Source of the DNA: a virus
Lineage: Duplodnaviria; Caudoviricetes
Length of the DNA: 28,365 bases
IMG/VR virus record: IMGVR_UViG_3300007637_000013
Location: 1 to 28,365 of that record
Strand: one strand, 5' to 3'
Shown here: piece by piece, positions 18,563 to 27,500 of the stretch
How the letters are laid out: every line of letters begins with the position of its first letter
How positions within the stretch are numbered: the first letter of the stretch is position 1
Notes under the pieces: generated by a model
Told to the model about the DNA's origin: nothing
The model's input: the letters and a program-made list of their open reading frames with translations, nothing else
Databases searched by the model: none
Made by a program: the position numbers and the translations under genes

Positions 18563-21500
18563 ATGTCAAAGATTTCAGAACTAGGTTCCATTACCGGTGC
18601 AAATACTAGGTCGGAAGACCTTCTTGTAATTGTTAACCTTGTTCAAGGTGACGATGGTACCAAGAATATCTCAAGAAAAGAACTCGTACAAGCTATTCAG
18701 TACGAGATATTTGATCGTATCACTATTACAGGTGGAACGATCTCTGGCGTTGAGATGTCAGATAGTACTCTTGATAACGTTACAATTGATAACTCAAATA
18801 TTGAAGATACTGATTGGATTCGTGGTACAATTGATGAAACCGTCATTACGAATTCAGATGCTAACAATGTTGTCATTACTTCATCTTCGTTTACTGACGG
18901 TTCGTTAGTATCTTCTACTGGTGAACAACTAACTATTGCCAATTCATCGTTCGACGATGGTACAATTACAAATAGTACTGCTAATAACGTTATCATAACT
19001 AATTCTGAGTTTAATAACGGAACTGCTAATGCAGTCGTAATAACAAATTCTGAGTTTAATGAAGGCACAGGTAACAATGTTGTCCTAACTAATTCAACTA
19101 TTGATGATTCAGTAATCACTGATAGTACAGCAAATAATATCACAATAACAAGCTCAACCTATACTGATGGAGCTCTTGCTGATAGTACTGCTAATAATAT
19201 TACCATGAGTTCATCAACGTTTGATGGTGGTCTAATTACAAATTCAGATGGTCGTACTATGGCCATCACTACATCATCTTTTGATAATGGTACTGGTTCA
19301 AATAACACATTTACAGATACTACTTTATTAAATGGTACTGCAAATAACTTCGTAATTACTTCATCACAGCTTAATGACAGTACTGTTAATAACACAATTA
19401 TTACAAGTTCTGAATTTAACGATGGTACTGGTAACAATGTTGTCCTAACTAATTCAACTATCGATGACTCTATCTTTACTGATGGTGTAATATCTAATAC
19501 TGAATTCCAAGGTACAATGCAGAATGTTGTAGCAACTGATATGACAATCAGAAGCTCCGCTGCAGATGGTTTATCTTCTAACAATTCAACCTTTGAAAAT
19601 GGTGCGGTATCTGGTTCAACCTTTGACGGCGGAACGATAACAAATACGAATCTTGTAGACTTCGACATGAATTTGACGCAAGAGTTCGACGCGCCGATGG
19701 ACGACGAGTCATACTTTGCTATTCGTAACGAAAGAACTGGTGATACTGAACAGATTAATTTCAACCAACTCTTTGAAGAAGTTTCTAAGAAAACAGCACA
19801 AGCACTTAAAGTTAATGTAGACGCTGGATCTGGTGATGATGCAAATCCAGGTACAATGATGCAACCAGTAAGAACACTGGAAAGAGCATTTGAACTTTGT
19901 TTAGAAAAAGCTGGTGGTGAACTTAATCGTAACGCTATTAACAACGCGGTTCACATCTCAGTTGGTCCTGGTACTTATTATACAAAAGGTAACTTGATGT
20001 TGCCTGATGATTGTTCTTGTACCTCAACTGCTGGTCAGTATGCAACTGTTATCGAGGCGCTGCCTGGATACGAAAACAATAACGGAATCTTAGTTGGTTC
20101 TGGTTGTTATGTTCAGGGTTTTGGTTATCAGAACTGGAAAGTTGATAACTTTGACTTCCCAGAAGGCGGATTCGCAATTGCTTATCGACCTGGTGCTAAA
20201 CTATTACGTTCACCTTACTTAAGAGATAGTACTCAGTTATCTAACTTCTTACGTCAAGATGTTGAACCACCTCTTAATCCTTATAATACAAAAGGTACTC
20301 TTGCTGACCTTGGTCAAACATTTGTACTCGAAGCTGGTTTAACAGGCTCATGGTCAGTAGATGATGAAATTAAATTCTCATCTGGTGCAATCGGTTTCCT
20401 AACTTGGGACGACACATTAGATACAGCAAAAGGATACACTGCTGATATCGCAGTTAATCGCACAATTAGAGTTCGTAATCTAAAAAATGGCGTCGGTTTC
20501 AAAATTGGTGATACAATAACATCTGAATCTGGTGGTACTGCTACCATTGAATCTATCGGTATTGATGACTTCCCTAACAGAGAGGTTGGTCGAGGCGGTG
20601 GTTGTGTACTTGCAGACAGAAGAGTACTTGATCCAGACTCACTATATACTTACGTATTATGTTTTGGTTTTACACCTCGTACTCAAAACGGTTTAGGTTA
20701 TGTTGCAAGAGACGGTGCTGGTATTAACGGTATCGGTTCTCTATCAATCTTTGTACGATGTGCATTCTATGCCCTAAACGGCGGACAGATGACGCTGAAC
20801 AACAGTGGTACTCAGTTCGGCGATATCTCAATGAGAGCAAAAGGAACATCACAGTTCTTCCAACCTAAAAATACTACTGCAACTATTGTAGGTAATACTG
20901 TATTCGGAACTTCCATAATGGATGGTTCTGACAATATTATTTCAGACATGACTGACTACCTCACAGCTAATTCAGCAAATGGTGGTTTAGGTTATACTGG
21001 TTACGACTCAGTTAAATGTGAGCGAGATACTGGTATTATAATAGACGGTGTCGGTTATGACGTAGCAACTGATTCTAACTACTGGAGTAGATTAGCAGGT
21101 ATTACTTATAGATCTCCAATATCATCTAAAGTTGTAGGCGATCAGCTAGAAGCAACAATAGGTGCTAATGTATTCCTACAGTCTCGTATTAATGAAATAT
21201 TTGCTAATGCTAATAACGAAATTATTCCAAGAGTAGATACAAGTTTCCAAGAGATGTACAACGTCGTTAAGTACGGCGAAGAAAACATGAATCCAATTAT
21301 CTGGCAAGATACAACCAAACCACAGGTTGCTGCTAGAGAATTATTGCAAGACAACAGACAGTTTATTACAGATACTCTTATTGATTGGATTGAAAATAAC
21401 GAAGAGTTTTACGCATACGATAGTAAAGCATGTAGACGTGATGTATCTGATTATATCTTACCTGCTGTTAAAAACGACATGTTGTTTGATACAAACTTTA

Positions 21501-24500
21501 ACGCAGTTACTGCTGGTGAAGCATACTATATGGCTGCTGCAAAAACTGTTATTGAAAATCAAAATAACGAAACTGTTGCTGCATATAAGAGACTTAAAGA
21601 TCAAACCAACGAGTTACTTGACGGTGATTCTTATGAAGCTACCGCAAGAACAGATGCTGCGTTTGACGAAATATTAGAAATACTCGAAAACAAAAATACA
21701 GCATATACACCAACTAAGGCAACTTACGATGCTGCAACTGGTAAGTCAGTTATAACATTAAATACAAGCAAGAAGTTTAATGTTTCTAATGCTACTTACG
21801 ACCCTGCATCTGGAGTATTTACTGCAGCGATCGGTTCTCACGAACTAGTAGTTGGTGATTATATTAGATTTAAGCCAGAGTCAATTATATTTAGTTGTAA
21901 CACTGGATCTGGTGTACAAAACCATCCTACTCCTGCAGCTCACCACCCATATTATAACAAGCCAGTTAAAATTACTAACGTGTCTGGTAATGTTATAACA
22001 ATGAATGTTGGTGGAGGCGGCCCTACTGGTCAACAAGTTCACACATTCGTCTCAGCTGCTCCACAAGCAATTAGTTCAAGTCACGGTTTAAGTACTGGCA
22101 GAAAAGTACTATTGAGAACTGGTGGTCTTGTATTTACTTGTTCAAGAGATAATCACACAACAAGACATGCATATCCAAGAGCTTCTGATCCTGCAGCTGG
22201 TGCGCCGATTGAAGTATTAGGTGCTAACGAAACAACAATTACAATTAATGTTGGTGCATCTGCAATAGTTGATGAACACAGATTTGTTGAAGCTTTATCA
22301 CAATCTGTATCAATCTTAGGTGCTGATATTAGATGGAGCGACAATGCTTCAATTGCTGCTGATAATAAAAATGCACGTAAACAACTACAAGCTAATAAAA
22401 CATTCTTAGCAGATTATGTTGAAGGTTATATCGATGAAACATATTTCAGATATGACTCTAAGAAATGTCGTAGAGATACACAAAAATACATATTACCAGC
22501 AGTTGAAAGAGATATCTTAACTGGTTCTAACTATAATGCAATCCAAACTGGTATTGCTTATCGTTCAGGTACAACACTTGCAGATAATGTTATTAACGAT
22601 CAGTTAGTAGAAACTATCGGTGCAATGAATGAAATCAAATCAAGAATTAATTTAAATAATGTTGAATCTGGATTTACTGTAACAGACGCTACTTACGATC
22701 CAGCTACTGGAGTCTTCACTGCAACTATCGGTAATCACGGTATGGCAGTTGGCGATTATATAATGCTTGCTGATAACGGTATTACAATGAGTTGTGATAT
22801 GGGTGCTGGTGAAGTTAATCATACTTCTCCACAATCACATCACCCATATTGGCAAACACCTTGCCCAATTACTGGTGTAACTGATACAACTATTACAATG
22901 AATGTTGGAGATGGTGGAGCAGGACAATATCCGCACACCTTCGTATCAGCAGTAGCAAATGCAATTGTTCCTGCTAAAGGAGTTGGTTTAAGCTTTACAC
23001 CAACAACTGCTACTTACAATCCTGAAACTGGAATGTTCTCAGCAACTATCGGTAAGCATGGATTACACCCTGGCGACTATGTTAAGTTCTTAGCAGGTGG
23101 TGTAACATTTAGTTGTGATACAGGAAGTGGGCCGCAGAATGACGCAGTCCCAGCGCCTTCACATCCATTCTATAACCACCCATGTTCTGTCGAGTCAGTA
23201 ACAGCAACAACTATTACAATGTTCGTTGGTTACGGTGGTTCTAATGTACACACATTTGTATCTGCTTTAGATAACTCAATTACTCACATGGTAAGTATCG
23301 ACGATAATGCTTCAGGATTTAGAAGTAATGAAGCTATTGATAAGATTACAAGTATTCTACAAAGCAGTGGTAAAACATATACAACAACTAACGCTACTTA
23401 CGATCCAGGTACTGGTTTAACAGTTCTGACAGTTGGTGCTCACGATTTACAAATCGGAGATGAAATTAATATTGCTGCTAACAGTTTAACATTTACTTGT
23501 GATACTGATGGTAACGTAACTAATTATACGTATCCAACAACAACGATTACTAATTTTACACCTACTAATGCTTCTTACGATCCAGCAACAGGTGTATTCA
23601 CAGCAACTATCGGTGCTCATAAACTGAAAGCTGGTGATGAGATTGAAATTGCACCAGAGAGTATTGTATTTACTTGTGCTATAGACGGTAATGCAACAAT
23701 CCATCCGACTCCTGAAGCACACCATCCTTTCTGGAAGAAAAAGATTAAATTAACTTCGGTTGATTCTACAACTATTACAGCTAATGTTGGTTCAGTTGCA
23801 AACGGTGGCGGAGTACATACCTTTGTATCTGCTCTTCCAAATGCAATACAAGGCGAAAGACAGCACCCTGCATATAAGAAACCTGTAGTAATTGCTTCAA
23901 CAACTGGAACAACTCTTACTGTTAATGTTGGTACATCTTCTGATCTATCACCACATACATTTATATCAGCTACTGCAGATAATATTAAGACTGCTAAATA
24001 CATTTCAACATACACACCAACGACTGCTACATACGATGGTGGTACTGGTGTATTCGTTGCATCTATCGGTAGACACAATTTAGAAGCTGGTGATTACGTA
24101 CAGATTAAACCTAACTCGGTTGTATTTACATGTGCTCTTGACGGAAATGTTACTGAACATTCTGCACCTGCTGCACACCACCCTTACTATATGACTCCAG
24201 TTCAAATTGACTCAGTAACTGCTGACTCAATAACAATGAATATAGGAGCTGGTCCTGGTGGAGTTCATACATTTGTTAGAGCAGAAGTTGGAGCAATCGA
24301 TTCAGACGCTATAGTATTTACTGACCCTGCTGCACAGATTAAACACTACACACCTACAACTGCAACATTTATTCCTGCATCTGGTATCAGTGTAGTAACT
24401 AGTGCAAATCATGGTTTAACAACTGACGATTGGGTAGAGTTTGCACCATATAGTTTCACATTCACTTGTTCACTTGACGGTGATGCAACAGAGCATTCAT

Positions 24501-27500
24501 ACCCAAGAAAAGGTGATGTTAACTATAGAAGACCAATGCAGATTACTGCAGTTACAACAGACACATTTACTGTTAATCTGGGTGCTACTTCAGGTGGTAC
24601 TCATACGTTTGTATCTTGTGAAAAGCACGCTGTAACTCATGTATCTACAAACGGTCAAGGTCAATTAGCAAGAGAATATCTACAGAACAACAAAGACTTC
24701 CTTGCTGCTGATGTTCAAGAGTTTTTAGATACACAATACTTTGTATTTAATGGCGCTAAGTGCTCAAGAGATTCAGGATATATCTTAGACGCAGTTAGAC
24801 GAGACCTTGCTACTAATTCTAACTACCACTCAGTGTTTATGGGATTAGGATATCTTATCGGAACTGAAGGTGCTAATAGAGTTATATACGAACAACTTAC
24901 AGAAACAGTTGGAGCGATCAACTATCTAAAAGCACAAGTTGCGGCTGATCCTTCAGTAACAGGAACTGCACTTACAAGAGCTAATGCTTCATTCGATGAA
25001 ATTATCGACATTATGTCAAACGGTCGTGCAAATGCTAACGCTCTTACTTACGGTGATGAAGCTGCGTTATCTGTTAACCATACAACTGGTGCTACTGCAT
25101 TAATTAATAACAGACTCTTCTTACAAAAAGAAGTTACTGCTTATATTGCTGATCAGTTCCCATCAATAACATACGATGTAGCTAAGTGCGAAAGAGACAC
25201 TGGTTATATGATTGATGCTTTAGTATGGGATGTTAAGTACGGCTCAAATGCTGCTTCTGTTAACTTCTCAAGATTATATTACGAAAATGCAATTAGTGTA
25301 TTACCTGAAGATCAGAAACTACCTACTGCAAAAACTTGGGAGCATCTTGCAAATGTTTGTTATAACATTGTAAGAGATGTAGCAGTTACTCCAACAACCG
25401 GTAATACTGAAACACAAGATGTTTCACTAACAGATGCTGGTGTTGAGGTTGCTGAAGCTGCAAGAGCAGGTGTTAATGTAACTACTCAAATTATTAGAGA
25501 TAACAATTTAGATAATCTTCCACATCTTAACGAAGGTTCAGTTGAAGTTGCTATGGAACCTGCAGTTAATACAATCGACGGCTTAACAGAAAATCTAAAA
25601 GAGTCTGTTATTGAATATCTAAGAGATGAGCATAACGGATTACCAATTGCTAGAGAAAAATGTACTCGTGATGTTGGAATTATTCTTGACGCTGTATCTC
25701 GTGATATTGAATACGGCGGAAACGAAAATACATTAGAAGCTATCGATTATTACTTCAAGCAATTTAATTCTGAAAGTGCTGATTACGAACAACAGCGATC
25801 AACTAACGTTTTACCAGTTGAAGTAAAAGGTCAGATGAAAGCGCTGGCCGATTACGAAGATACTGCTAACGTATCTGGTTTAAGAGAAAAGATTAATATT
25901 CTTCCTCGTGAACAGCGTAAACCAATACAACTTGCGTTTAGAAGATTAGCTGATGTTGTTGCTCCAGTTATTTCTGGATCACAAACAACAACACCATACG
26001 GTGTTAGATATACTCCAACAAACGCTGCATATAATCCAGCAACTGGAGTATTTACTGCAACGATCGGTACTCACACATTAAAAGTTGGAGATAAGATTTG
26101 GTTAGCACCTGAAGGATTTACCTTTAGTTGTGATATGGGAGCTGGTGTACAAAGTCATACTTCACCACAAAAGCATCATCCATTCTACCACAAACCTGTA
26201 ACAATTACAGCAGTCGGTGCAAACACAATTACAATGAATGTTGGTGATGGTGGCTCCGGTCAACAACCGCATACATTTGTATCTGCTCTTGCTGATTCAA
26301 TACAAACTGTACCTTATGTTAATACTGATGGTACAGCGGTTAGTATTGCTACAGCTACAGCGGCTCACGACTTAATTGACACAATTGCTAACTTCATTGA
26401 TTATACAAACATTGAAGATAATGAATTACCAACACTTGTTAAGGCTTCTTTTGATTCTAACAGAACATTAGCAAGAAAGCAATTACAGAGAAACAGAGAC
26501 TTTATCATTGAAGAAGTTCAAGGGTATATTAAAGATCGTTATTACACATTCGATGGCGATAAGTGTAAGCGTGATATTGCTTTACTTCTTGATGGAGTTA
26601 AAGTTGACGTGTTAACAGGTTCAAACTATAACGCAGTTCATAACGGACTTGCATATAGAATTGAAACACCTGGAACTAATAAAGTAATTAACGAACAATT
26701 AGTTGAAACAGTTAAAGGTATTGAATACGCCAAAGCTAAAGCAGTTGCTGCTGTAACTGACCAGGCGTTGCAAACTAAGACTGAGGAAGCATTTGACGAA
26801 ATCATAGATATTATGACTAAGGGTCGAAGCGCTGCTGATGCGATTGATTACACTTCAACTGCACTTAATGTTAATAAAATTAATGGTAGATCACAATTAC
26901 AAAATAACAAGGTATTCTTACAGGCTGAAATAACTGCTTGGTTAGCTGCTAACAGACCTTCACTTTCTTACGATGTTGCTAAGTGTGAAAGAGATCTTGG
27001 TTACTTAATTGATGCGGTATCATTCGATATACAACACGGTGGTAACTTTGGTACTCTCAACTTTACTAGACTATACTTTGAAAATGGTGTAAACGTCGGA
27101 TTACCTTTATCACAGCGTGAACCTTCATATGCTGCATTTAGACATATTGGTGATTGTGCAAAGTTAATTGTACAAGACACAGATATAGGCGGACTCAAGT
27201 CTGTTGGTAATAGCGAAACTCAAAATATGGCTGGTGCAACTGCCGGAGTTCTACTTGCTGCAGATGCTGAAGAGTTATTTGATATATCAGCACAAATTAT
27301 CGAAGACAACGGCATGTTAATGGCTCCAGCATATGACTTACCCGATGCTGCTGCACCATATAGTACTGCTCAAATAGCTGCATTTAATGCAATAGATAAT
27401 ATTAAAACAACTGTTGCTGAAGGCTTAATCGAGTATGTATCTACATTCTACGATGTCTTACCATTTAGTGAAACTAAGTGCAGAAGAGATACTGGTTATA

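Noticed and set aside
19070-19461. 32-nt direct repeat as a CRISPR repeat or DGR template/variable pair
   Set aside because: Only two copies, 360 nt apart, in-frame within a protein repeat; no spacer array, no adenine-specific mismatch pattern, and no reverse transcriptase or cas gene in the window.
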